A stretch of DNA of 60,144 nucleotides from Candidatus Methylomirabilota bacterium. GTDB taxonomy: Bacteria > Methylomirabilota > Methylomirabilia > Rokubacteriales > CSP1-6. The DNA lies in assembly GCA_036002345.1 (NCBI GenBank), contig DASYTM010000034.1, forward strand, positions 1-60,144. The letters are read 5' to 3'. The notes beneath the pieces are model-generated. The model had not been told where the DNA came from. It worked only from the letters and a program-made list of their open reading frames with translations, and searched no databases. Both the position numbers and the translations under genes were made by a program. Shown here piece by piece: positions 7,896-15,600 of this stretch (the first letter of the stretch is position 1; every line of letters starts with the position of its first letter).

Positions 7896-10213
7896 CGCCG
7901 CGCGCCCGCGATCCAGTGCGCGAGGTTCTTCGCCGACAGCGGCAGCTCGCGGACCGTCACGCCGAGCGGCGCCAGCGCCGCCGCCACGGCGTTGGCGGCG
8001 GCCGCGCCGGTGGCCACGATGCCGCCCTCGCCGGCGCCCTTGGCGCCGAGCGGATTCGACGTGGAGGGCGCGTCCTCCAGCGTGATGGACTCGAGGCTCG
8101 GAAAATCCGCGGCGGTGGGCAGCGCGTAGTCGGCCAGCGTGCCGGTGACGAGCTGGCCCGTCTCGTCGTACACGAGCGCCTCGAGGAAGGCGCCGCTCAG
8201 CCCCTGCACGGCCGCGCCGTGGGCCTGGCCGTGGACGAGCGCGGGGTTGATGACGCGGCCGACGTCCTCGACGGTCACGAGCCGCAGCACCTCGGTGGCA
8301 CCCGTCTCCGGATCGACGGCGACGTGCGCGACGTGAGCGCCGTACGTGTACGTGAGCGCGGTCGTCGTGAACTTGCCGACGGCTTCGAGCGCGGCCGCCG
8401 CCTCGGGCGAGCCTTCCGCCGCGAGCGTCGCCAGCGCCAGCACAGTGGTGCCGTCGCGGCGGACGACGTCGCCGCCCCGACACGTGAGCGCGCTCGTATC
8501 CAGGCCCGACCGTTTCGCGGCGAGCGCTATGATCTGGCCCTTCAGCGTCTCGGCGGCCGCCGCGACGGCGCTGCCGCCCACGACGACGGCGCGGCTGTGA
8601 TAGGTGCCCCAGCCCTCGGCGACGTGGGTGGTGCTGCCGTGGAACACGCTGATCCAGTCGAACGGGATCGCGAGGGCGTCGGCGAGGATCTGCGCCATCA
8701 CCGTCTCGTGGCCCTGTCCCGACGAGGCGCAGCCGCTGTAGAGCTCGACGCGCTCGGGCCCGCGGACGACGATGCGCGCGGTCTCGGCGGGGCCCGCGCC
8801 GCTCGACTCGACGAAGCAGCCGATGCCGACGCCGCGCCGCCGGCCGCCGATCAGCCGGCCATTGTCTTTCGCCAGGCGCGCGTAGTCGCTGGCCTCGAGG
8901 GCGCGGCGGAGCGCGGCGCCGTAGTTCCCGCCGTCGTAGGCGCCGGAGGCTTCGTACGGGACGAGCGAGCCGATGGTCCACGGCAGCTCGGCGGGCGTGA
9001 GGAGATTTCGCTGGCGAACCTCCGCGGCGTCGAGGCCGAGATCGGCGGCCATCAGGTCGATCAGCCGCTCGCGGAAGAAGTTGGCCTCGAAGCGCCCCGG
9101 CCCGCGATACGTCCCCGTCGGCGTCTTGTTCGTGACGACGGCCTGCACCTCGCACGCGAAGTGCGGGATGCGGTACGGGCCGGGCAGGAACTGCGCCGCT
9201 TTGGCCGGCACCACGCCGCCGTTGGTGCGGACGTAGGCCCCCATGTCGGCGAGCACGCGTCCGCGCAGGCCGCGAATGGTGCCGTCGGCGTCCGCGGCGA
9301 TCTCCAGCTCGCACTCGATCTCGCGCGAGTGATTGGCGGCCACGAAATGCTCGCGCCAGTCCTCGATCCACTTCACCGGACGGCCGAGGCGCATGGCCGC
9401 GAGCGGGATCAGGAGATCCTCGGGATAGAACTCGCCGCGCACGCCGAAGGAGCCGCCGACGTCCACCTCGAGGAGCTCGATGCTCGCCTCGTCCAGGGAC
9501 AGCATCCGTGCCAGCGCGCGCCGGTTGAAGAACGGCACCTTGGTCGCGCCCCGCACGGTCAGCCGGCGGGCCGTCGCGTCCCACGCCGCCACCAGGCCGC
9601 GCGTCTCGAGCGGCACGCCGCTGTGGCGCTGGCATCGGAACGTCTCGCGGCGCGTGTACGCCGCGCCGGCGAAGGCGGCGTCGGGGTCACCGCGCGACAC
9701 CCGGTAGCGGGTCGCCACGTTGGTGCCGGTCGCCTCGTGGACCAGGACGCGGTCGGCCAGCGCGTCGCGCGGGTCGACCACGGCGTCGAGCGGCTCGTAC
9801 GCCACCGTGACGCGCTCCGCGGCGTCCTCGGCGACGTAGCGGTCCTCCGCCACCACGAGGGCCACCGGCTCGCCGACGTAGCGCACGCGGTCGCGCGCGA
9901 ACGGCCACTGCAGATAGCGATCGAACCCGGGGAGCGGGGCGAGCCGCATGGGGATGGGCGTGCCGACGTCTGCCAGGTCGGCGGCGGTGAGCACGGCGAG
10001 CACGCCGGGCATCTTCAGAGCGGCCGCGGTGTCGATGCCGGTCAGGCGCCCGTGCGCCACGGCGCTGCGCACGACCACGGCGTGCGCGTGCGCGGGATCG
10101 GCGAGGTCGGCGACGAAGCAGCCGCGGCCGGTGAGGAAGCGCGCGTCCTCGCTGCGGCGGACGGCCGCGCCCACGAGGCGCCCGCGGGCTGATGCGCGAT
10201 CGTCCCGTCCCAT
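7892..10213 (-). CDS. Xanthine dehydrogenase/aldehyde oxidase/CoxL-family molybdopterin-binding large subunit
   Basis: 773 aa. Opening RLVGAAVRRSEDARFLTGRGCFVADL, TGTYRGPGRFEANFF and SGQGHETVMAQI motifs are characteristic of Mo-hydroxylase large subunits. Confidence 0.9.
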   Translation of the reverse strand: MGRDDRASARGRLVGAAVRRSEDARFLTGRGCFVADLADPAHAHAVVVRSAVAHGRLTGIDTAAALKMPGVLAVLTAADLADVGTPIPMRLAPLPGFDRYLQWPFARDRVRYVGEPVALVVAEDRYVAEDAAERVTVAYEPLDAVVDPRDALADRVLVHEATGTNVATRYRVSRGDPDAAFAGAAYTRRETFRCQRHSGVPLETRGLVAAWDATARRLTVRGATKVPFFNRRALARMLSLDEASIELLEVDVGGSFGVRGEFYPEDLLIPLAAMRLGRPVKWIEDWREHFVAANHSREIECELEIAADADGTIRGLRGRVLADMGAYVRTNGGVVPAKAAQFLPGPYRIPHFACEVQAVVTNKTPTGTYRGPGRFEANFFRERLIDLMAADLGLDAAEVRQRNLLTPAELPWTIGSLVPYEASGAYDGGNYGAALRRALEASDYARLAKDNGRLIGGRRRGVGIGCFVESSGAGPAETARIVVRGPERVELYSGCASSGQGHETVMAQILADALAIPFDWISVFHGSTTHVAEGWGTYHSRAVVVGGSAVAAAAETLKGQIIALAAKRSGLDTSALTCRGGDVVRRDGTTVLALATLAAEGSPEAAAALEAVGKFTTTALTYTYGAHVAHVAVDPETGATEVLRLVTVEDVGRVINPALVHGQAHGAAVQGLSGAFLEALVYDETGQLVTGTLADYALPTAADFPSLESITLEDAPSTSNPLGAKGAGEGGIVATGAAAANAVAAALAPLGVTVRELPLSAKNLAHWIAGARR

Positions 10214-10222
10214 GGAGGAAGC

Positions 10223-10228
10223 ATGATA
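10223..10228 (-). promoter_or_regulatory. -10-like TATCAT, 9 nt upstream of ATG 10213 (leaderless candidate)
   Basis: Minus strand reads GCTATCATGCTTCCTCC-ATG. No SD. Confidence 0.35.
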
Positions 10229-10264
10229 GCGATCGACCGCGTGCGATCACAAGCCGAACGGCCG

Positions 10265-10270
10265 TACAAT
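10265..10270 (+). promoter_or_regulatory. -10-like TACAAT upstream of the SDR gene (leadered; GAGGTG SD)
   Basis: TACAATCGCG motif, shared with 13214, 29526 and 42265(-). Confidence 0.3.
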
Positions 10271-10302
10271 CGCGCGTATCCCGGCAGACGACGAGGTGAC
10301 CC

Positions 10303-11109
10303 ATGGATCTCCAGCTCACCGGCAAAGTGGCGCTCGTGACGGGCGCCAGTCTCGGCATCGGCAAGGGCATCGCGCGCGTGCTGGCGCGCGAGGGGTGCGA
10401 CGTCGCGATCTGCGCGCGGCGCAAGGACGTTCTCGAGGCGGCGGCGGAGGAGATCCGCAAGGAAACGGGGCGCAAGGTGCTGGCGATCCCCGCGGACCTG
10501 ACGCGCCGCGAGGACGCCGAGACCTTCGTGAACGGCGCCGCACGGCACTTCGGGCGGATCGACATCCTCGTCAACAACGCCGGCTCCGCGCCCGGCGGAA
10601 TTCTGGAAGCCCTCGACGAGGACGCGTGGCAGCAGGGGCTGCAGCTCAAGTTCATGGGCTACGTGCGCTGCCTGAAAGCGGCCCTGCCGATCATGAAGGC
10701 CCAGGGCGGCGGGCGCGTCGTCAACCTCATCGGCAACGACGGCGTGAAGGAGTCCTACTGGGAGATCGTGCCCGGCGCGTGCAACGCCGCGGGCCAGAAC
10801 CTGACCAAGGCGCTGGCCGGCCAGTACGCCCGCAACAACATCACCCTCGTGGCCGTGAACCCGGGCCCCGTGCGCACCGAGCGCTGGGATGGCCTCGTGA
10901 AGGCGATGTCGCGCGACATGAAGATCCCCTACGCGGAAGCGGACAAGCTCGCCCCGCGCAGCATCCCGCTCGGGCGCATCGCCGAGGTGGAGGAGTGCGC
11001 CAACCTCGTCGCCTACCTCGCCTCACCGCTCGCGCACTTCGTCAACGGCTCGATGATCGAGATCGACGGCGGCCAGCAGAAGCCGCTGATGGACGCCGCG
11101 CGCGGCTGA
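10303..11109 (+). CDS. SDR family oxidoreductase
   Basis: 268 aa. TGASLGIGKGIA cofactor motif and NNAG motif. GAGGTG SD. Confidence 0.9.
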   Translation: MDLQLTGKVALVTGASLGIGKGIARVLAREGCDVAICARRKDVLEAAAEEIRKETGRKVLAIPADLTRREDAETFVNGAARHFGRIDILVNNAGSAPGGILEALDEDAWQQGLQLKFMGYVRCLKAALPIMKAQGGGRVVNLIGNDGVKESYWEIVPGACNAAGQNLTKALAGQYARNNITLVAVNPGPVRTERWDGLVKAMSRDMKIPYAEADKLAPRSIPLGRIAEVEECANLVAYLASPLAHFVNGSMIEIDGGQQKPLMDAARG

Positions 11110-11112
11110 CGC

Positions 11113-11592
11113 TCAGCCGATCTTCTGCTGCTGGCCGGAGATCGTGTCGTCCATCTTCTTCTGGACGTTGGAGGCGAGCGTCTCGGCCTGATTGAAGGCC
11201 GACATCAGCCGCTGGATCTCGAAATTTCCCATCCTGTCCTGGGCCTCGAGATCTTTCATGGCCGCGTCGAGCGCCTTGCGGATCGACTCCACCTTGTCGG
11301 CGTTGGCGGCTCCGCCCTCCCGGACTGCCTTCAGCGCCGTGGCGACGTGACCGCGCGCCGAGGCGTTGAGCGCATCGTTCTTCTTCAGCGCCTTCCCCAT
11401 CTCACCGCGAGTCTTGCCGAGAAGCGCGACGGCGTTCTTCAGATCGCTGTTGGACGAGTGCAGCCAGGCCGGCGGCGGCGTCTTGATCGGCTGCTGCTTT
11501 GGGACGGCTCCGCCCGCTTCCGCGGGCACGGAGAGCCACGGCAGCACGGCGGCGGCGGCGAGCGCGGGCAGGATGAGTCGGCGCGAGGTCAT
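11113..11592 (-). CDS. Secreted alpha-helical protein of unknown function
   Basis: 159 aa. Signal peptide MTSRRLILPALAAAAVLPWLSVPAEA. Lys/Ala-rich helical body. Conserved-looking C-terminal block GNFEIQRLMSAFNQAETLASNVQKKMDDTISGQQQKIG. AGGAGAA SD 6 nt upstream. Confidence 0.7.
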   Translation of the reverse strand: MTSRRLILPALAAAAVLPWLSVPAEAGGAVPKQQPIKTPPPAWLHSSNSDLKNAVALLGKTRGEMGKALKKNDALNASARGHVATALKAVREGGAANADKVESIRKALDAAMKDLEAQDRMGNFEIQRLMSAFNQAETLASNVQKKMDDTISGQQQKIG

Positions 11593-11617
11593 GGCGATTC
11601 TCCTACGGGCATGGTGT

Positions 11618-11634
11618 CCGGGGGTCGTCCCCGG
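11618..11634 (-). terminator. GC hairpin directly after the TAG at 11636-11638 (CCGGGG-ACGAC-CCCCGG), no U-tract
   Basis: 6-bp perfect stem with 5-nt loop on the minus strand, 1 nt after the TAG that closes the in-frame extension. It precedes the SD of the next gene. Confidence 0.3.
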
Positions 11635-11635
11635 G

Positions 11636-11788
11636 CTAAGCGAAGTAGCGGGCGAGCCGGCGCGAGGCCTTGGCCTGCCAGTCCTCCGTAGTATCGAGGA
11701 ATCCGTCCCAGCGCGTCGAGTCTTTCTTCTTCTTCTTCTTGGCGTTCTTCGCCTTGGCGTTGAGCTCGCCCTCGATGGCGCGGAAGCG
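11636..11788 (-). other. In-frame, coding-like 50-codon extension downstream of the TGA stop of the 11789-12472 gene
   Basis: Same frame as the upstream ORF. Reads RFRAIEGELNAKAKNAKKKKKKDSTRWDGFLDTTEDWQAKASRRLARYFA-TAG. About 90% G/C at third codon positions. No internal ATG, GTG or TTG start. Confidence 0.4.
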
Positions 11789-12472
11789 TCAGCTCGGAAG
11801 ACCGTTGTGGCGCTGGGCCGCCGGTACCATCGCGAGGAACGCGTCCCCGGCGGGCAGCGTCCCGCCCGCGCGGAAGCCGAAGCGCGCGTCGTCCACGAGC
11901 GGCGTGAGCGCGATCCGCCCGTCGCGTCGCGCGCCGACGAAGCTCACGTTGAGGGCCGGCACGCGGACCTCGAAGTACTCGGCCGGGTCCCGGCTCTCCT
12001 GCCGCGCGAGCCGGTCCCGCGTGGCGTCGAGCAAGGCTCCGTAGCGTGGGGCGCCGTACGAGGCGACGTTCCAGCTCGTGCCCCGGCGCTCGACGGTGAG
12101 CGCGGAGCGCGTGGCGTTGGCCACGCGCACGGGGAACGTCATGCGGTGGTTCGGGTGGAGCAGCGGCAACGGATCGTGGCCGCGCTGGAACGCGCGCAGT
12201 TCATCGAGCCGGACCATGAATTCCGGCAGCGGCGGGCCGAGCACCGCGGAGCGCACCTCGTCGGGCCGCGTGAACCCCATGGCCTGGAAGTTCTCCCGCG
12301 TCACGAGCTGCGCGAACGACGTCAGCCCGTTCTGGGCGGCCTGGGTCGCCGCGCGCATGTCGGCGGGCGTCACCGGCTGCGCGGGCGCCGCCGGCCGCTG
12401 CGGCTGGGCCTCCGTGACCGCGGACGCCACGAGGCACGCGAGACCACCGAACCAGATCGCCGTGCGTCGCAT
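11789..12472 (-). CDS. Secreted protein of unknown function
   Basis: 227 aa. Signal peptide MRRTAIWFGGLACLVASAVTEAQ. No recognisable domain. 12 nt downstream of the peptidase gene. Confidence 0.7.
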   Translation of the reverse strand: MRRTAIWFGGLACLVASAVTEAQPQRPAAPAQPVTPADMRAATQAAQNGLTSFAQLVTRENFQAMGFTRPDEVRSAVLGPPLPEFMVRLDELRAFQRGHDPLPLLHPNHRMTFPVRVANATRSALTVERRGTSWNVASYGAPRYGALLDATRDRLARQESRDPAEYFEVRVPALNVSFVGARRDGRIALTPLVDDARFGFRAGGTLPAGDAFLAMVPAAQRHNGLPS

Positions 12473-12484
12473 GTCGCGTCCCCC

Positions 12485-13114
12485 TTACCGCTTGATGATC
12501 TCGTAGAAGTCGTCCCAGTGCGTGTAGCCGTTGCCGCTCACGAACGCGTCGTAGGGGACGATCCGCGAATCCCCGAGGCACGGCGCCCACGGATCGACGA
12601 TCGTCACGTGGTTGACGCCGCCGAGGCTCGCGAAGCCCGTCATCACCATCATGTGGCCGCCCCCGCCGGTCCAGGCCCATGAGAACGCCACCGGGCGCCG
12701 TCCACAACCGCTCTGCCGCGACAGCTCGCGGGTGAGCTGGTCCCACGTCAGCGGCGTGTCGTTCGTGCGCCGATGGTCGAAGCCGTACCGGTCGAACTCG
12801 GGCCAGCCGCCGATGACGCAGGGCGGGTTGGGCTGGGCGTTCGGGCCGCACTGCGCGCACGGGCAGTCGTTGCGGTTGAAGCGGTTGTTGGCCTGGGTGC
12901 ACTGCGGCACGTTGTTGCCGAGGTAGTGCATCACCATCTGGCCGCTCGCGGCCCAGCACCACATCCCCGTTTCTTGAGCGTGCGACGTGACGGGAAGCGT
13001 CGCGCTCGGACCCGGCGCGCACGCGGCGGGGACCACGGTCGTGGTGGTCGTGGAGCACCCTGCCGCCACCACCGCGATGATCACGCCGGACCACCGGCGA
13101 ACCCATCCGCTCAT
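12485..13114 (-). CDS. Papain-fold cysteine peptidase lipoprotein (C39/C70-like)
   Basis: Start chosen at M24 of ORF 12485-13183, because GGGGAGGAG lies 5 nt upstream of the ATG at 13114. Lipobox VVAAGC. Nucleophile context QETGMWCWAASGQMVMHY. His context TGGGGHMMVMTG followed by IVDPW. Confidence 0.7.
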   Translation of the reverse strand: MSGWVRRWSGVIIAVVAAGCSTTTTTVVPAACAPGPSATLPVTSHAQETGMWCWAASGQMVMHYLGNNVPQCTQANNRFNRNDCPCAQCGPNAQPNPPCVIGGWPEFDRYGFDHRRTNDTPLTWDQLTRELSRQSGCGRRPVAFSWAWTGGGGHMMVMTGFASLGGVNHVTIVDPWAPCLGDSRIVPYDAFVSGNGYTHWDDFYEIIKR

Positions 13115-13143
13115 GGCCTCTCCTCCCCGCGTCGTGCGACCCG

Positions 13144-13171
13144 CCGAGGGGCCAACTATAGGTTCCCTCGG
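13144..13171. repeat. 7-bp perfect inverted repeat CCGAGGG-N14-CCCTCGG
   Basis: Read directly. The spacer contains the minus-strand TATAGT. Confidence 0.6.
13155..13160 (-). promoter_or_regulatory. -10-like TATAGT upstream of the peptidase operon
   Basis: Lies in the spacer of the 7-bp inverted repeat 13144-13171, 40 nt upstream of ATG 13114. Confidence 0.3.
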
Positions 13172-13213
13172 GAGCGCCGTCAACGCGCGCGGCGCCGGCC
13201 GCGCGCCACGGCG

Positions 13214-13219
13214 TACAAT
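13214..13219 (+). promoter_or_regulatory. -10-like TACAAT, 8 nt upstream of ATG 13228 (leaderless candidate)
   Basis: TACAATCGCCCGCG-ATG. No SD. Confidence 0.4.
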
Positions 13220-13227
13220 CGCCCGCG

Positions 13228-14070
13228 ATGGACGCTCCGTTCCCCATCGTCCGGCGCCCGGCCGCCGACGCGCGCTCGCCGATCCTCGTCTCCGTGCCCC
13301 ACTACGGCACCGAGCCCCTGCCCGACGTCCGCCACGACGACTATCGCGAGCCGCGCTTCGCCACCTTCGCCTACGGCTTCGCCGACGCCTTCGCGCGCGA
13401 TCTCTACGGCGACCTGGACGCGCACGGCGCCACCGTGCTGGCCACGCCGTTCTCGCGCATGTTCGTGGACGTGAACCGGCGGCGCGACGACTTCGAGCAC
13501 GCCGACGGGGAGGTGCGCTCGCGCCGAGGGGTGGTGCGCACCCATACGATGCGCGACGTGCCGATCTTCACGCGGCCGCTCTCCCCCGCCGACCTCGAGC
13601 GGCGCCTGTGCGCGCTCTACGATCCGTACTACGCCACGCTCGGCCGGCTGCTCGGCGAGCTGCGGGACGCCCACGGCTGCGCGATCCTGCTCGACGGCCA
13701 CACGGGCAGCCCGCGGCGGATGAAGGAGCACCAGGTCATCATCGGAACCCGCGAGGACGCGACGTGCGCGCCGCGGCTGGCGACGCTCGTGGCCGACGTC
13801 TTCACGCACCACGGCTTCGAGGTGCACAAGGACGTGACCGGCTACCGCGGCGGGCACATCGTGACCACGTACGGCCGGCCCCACACGCGCGTGCACGCCA
13901 TCCAGATCGAGGTCAACGCGTCGCTCCTCATGGCCACGACCCAGGACGAGTTCATCGCGCAGGTGACGCGCGGCGAGATCCCCGCGCGGGCCGACGCCAA
14001 CGTCGCGCGCGTGCGTGCGTGCCTCTCCGAGGTGCTGGCGGCGCTGCCCGCGGCCCTCGCCGACGCCTGA
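13228..14070 (+). CDS. N-formylglutamate amidohydrolase (FGase) family protein
   Basis: 280 aa. ILVSVPHYGTEPLP, FVDVNR, LLDGHT and IQIEVN motifs are typical of the FGase family. Confidence 0.85.
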   Translation: MDAPFPIVRRPAADARSPILVSVPHYGTEPLPDVRHDDYREPRFATFAYGFADAFARDLYGDLDAHGATVLATPFSRMFVDVNRRRDDFEHADGEVRSRRGVVRTHTMRDVPIFTRPLSPADLERRLCALYDPYYATLGRLLGELRDAHGCAILLDGHTGSPRRMKEHQVIIGTREDATCAPRLATLVADVFTHHGFEVHKDVTGYRGGHIVTTYGRPHTRVHAIQIEVNASLLMATTQDEFIAQVTRGEIPARADANVARVRACLSEVLAALPAALADA

Positions 14071-14098
14071 GGGGAGGCGCGCCGCGCTCGCCGGCCCG

Positions 14099-14557
14099 TT
14101 GCCCGAGCAGCTCGCCCGCTGGCTCACCGACGCCGGCGTGGCGTTCGACATGCTCGAGCACGCGCCCGTGCGGACCAGCGAAGAGGCCGCCCGCGTGCGC
14201 GGCACGCGGCTCGACGAGGGCGCCAAGGCCCTCGTGGTGCGCGCGGGCGAGCGCTACGTCCACTGCGTCCTGCCCGCGCATCGCCGCGCTGACAACGCCG
14301 CGCTCCGCGCGATCCTCGGGACCCGCACGCTGCGCTTCGCGACGCCCGAGGAATTGCTCGAGCTCACGGGCTGCGCGCCCGGCGCCGTCCCGCCCTTCGG
14401 CAACCTCTTCGGCCTGCCCGTGTACGTGGACGAGGAGCTGACGACGCGCGAGCGGATCGCGTTCAATGCCGGGAGCCACACGGTGTCGATCACGATGCGG
14501 GCGGACGATTTCGTGCGGCTGTCGGGCGCGACCGTCTGCCGGTTCGCGCGGGCGTAG
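14099..14557 (+). CDS. YbaK/EbsC-type aminoacyl-tRNA deacylase domain protein (start uncertain)
   Basis: C-terminal 150 aa of ORF 14015-14557 (FDMLEHAPVRTSEEAA...KALVVR...GCAPGAVPPFG...ERIAFNAGSH). The GTG at 14015 would overlap the FGase gene by 56 nt, so the in-frame TTG at 14099 was chosen. Confidence 0.7.
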   Translation: MPEQLARWLTDAGVAFDMLEHAPVRTSEEAARVRGTRLDEGAKALVVRAGERYVHCVLPAHRRADNAALRAILGTRTLRFATPEELLELTGCAPGAVPPFGNLFGLPVYVDEELTTRERIAFNAGSHTVSITMRADDFVRLSGATVCRFARA

Positions 14558-14559
14558 CC

Positions 14560-15600
14560 TCAGCGCTTGGCGCCGGCCAGCTCCGCCATCAGCTCCATCG
14601 CCTCGGGCTGCTCGGTGGTGATGGTGAGCCCGGTGATGCCGCACTCGGCCCACGCGCGATAGCCAGCGCGGATGCGGCCGACCGGCCCCACCAGCGCCAT
14701 CTCGTCGCAGAACTCGTCGGGCACGGCGGCCACCGCCTCGTCCTTGCGCTTGGCGAGGAACAGCTCCTGGATCTTCTGCGCCGCGTCGCCGAAGCCGCGG
14801 CGGACCATCATGTCCTTGTGGAAGTTCTTGTCGCGGTGGCCCATGCCGCCGACGTAGAGCGCCACGCGCGGCTTCATCTTCGCGAGCGCGCCCTTCACGT
14901 CGTCGGTGATGGCGACCTCGGCGCGCGGCTGGATCTCGAAGTCGGCGTAGCCCTTGCCGGTGCCGGCGCGCCGGAAGCCCTCCTCGAGCCACGGTTTGAG
15001 CATCGGCATCAGCCGCGGCACGAAGCCGAGCGGCAGCCAGCCGTCGGCGATCTCCGCGGTGAGCTTCACGTTGGCTTCGGTGCCGGTGCCGAGCCAGATC
15101 GGCAGCCGGGCGTTCATGTGCAGGATCGAGACGAGCGGCTTGCCGACGCCGAGGGCGCCGGGGCCGGTGTACGGCAGCGAGATCTCCCGTCCCTGGTGCG
15201 CCACCGGCTCCTTGCGCGCGAAGACCTTGCGCATGATCGCGACATAGTCGCGGATGCGCCAGTACGGCTTGCCCCACGGCTGGCCGTACCAGCCCTCCAC
15301 GATCTGCGGGCCGGAGACCCCGAGCCCGGCGATGACCCGGCCGCCGCCCGCCAGCGCGTCCACCGTCCCCGCCGCCATGGCCGCGGAGACGGGCGGACGC
15401 GCCGCGAGCTGCATGATGCCCGTGCCGAGACGAATCCGTTTCGTGAGCGCGGCCAGGTACGCGAGCGGCGTGATCGCGTCCGTGCCGTAGGCCTCGGCCG
15501 TCCACACCGAGTCGAAGCCGAGGCGCTCGGCGAGCAGGACCTTGTCGACGGGCAGCTTCAGCTCCGCGCCGGAGTAGCCGATGCTGAGGCCGAGCTTCAT
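14560..15600 (-). CDS. LLM class (luciferase-like) F420/flavin-dependent oxidoreductase
   Basis: Internal ATG at 15600 of ORF 14560-16875. Reads MKLGLSIGYSG...LGFDSVWTAEAYGTDAITPLAYLAA...RIRLGTGIMQL. ATGA overlap with the MBL gene stop. Confidence 0.85.
   Translation of the reverse strand: MKLGLSIGYSGAELKLPVDKVLLAERLGFDSVWTAEAYGTDAITPLAYLAALTKRIRLGTGIMQLAARPPVSAAMAAGTVDALAGGGRVIAGLGVSGPQIVEGWYGQPWGKPYWRIRDYVAIMRKVFARKEPVAHQGREISLPYTGPGALGVGKPLVSILHMNARLPIWLGTGTEANVKLTAEIADGWLPLGFVPRLMPMLKPWLEEGFRRAGTGKGYADFEIQPRAEVAITDDVKGALAKMKPRVALYVGGMGHRDKNFHKDMMVRRGFGDAAQKIQELFLAKRKDEAVAAVPDEFCDEMALVGPVGRIRAGYRAWAECGITGLTITTEQPEAMELMAELAGAKR

Noticed and set aside
7916-10192. Very long antisense ORFs, such as 7916-10192(+), 158-1516(+), 32517-35510(-), 36419-37909(-), 44416-46113(+) and 57013-59175(+, N-terminal half)
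   Set aside because: These are Arg/Ala/Gly/Pro/His-rich, low-complexity translations lying opposite or out of frame to genes with clear family motifs. They are typical shadow ORFs of 70% GC DNA.
11113-11230. Type III secretion needle-like C-terminus (SNVQKKMDDTISGQQQKI compared with needle S-x-V-x-x-x-KD...QKF)
   Set aside because: The protein has a classical Sec signal peptide and there are no T3SS genes nearby. The resemblance is a short helical heptad pattern and cannot be supported without a profile search.
11789-11791. Selenocysteine at the second in-frame TGA
   Set aside because: There is no Cys partner or redox motif (context LPS-U-RFR). Only weak 4-bp hairpins lie downstream, unlike the clear SECIS-like stem at 24200-24216. 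It is reported as an unexplained readthrough or nonsense site instead.
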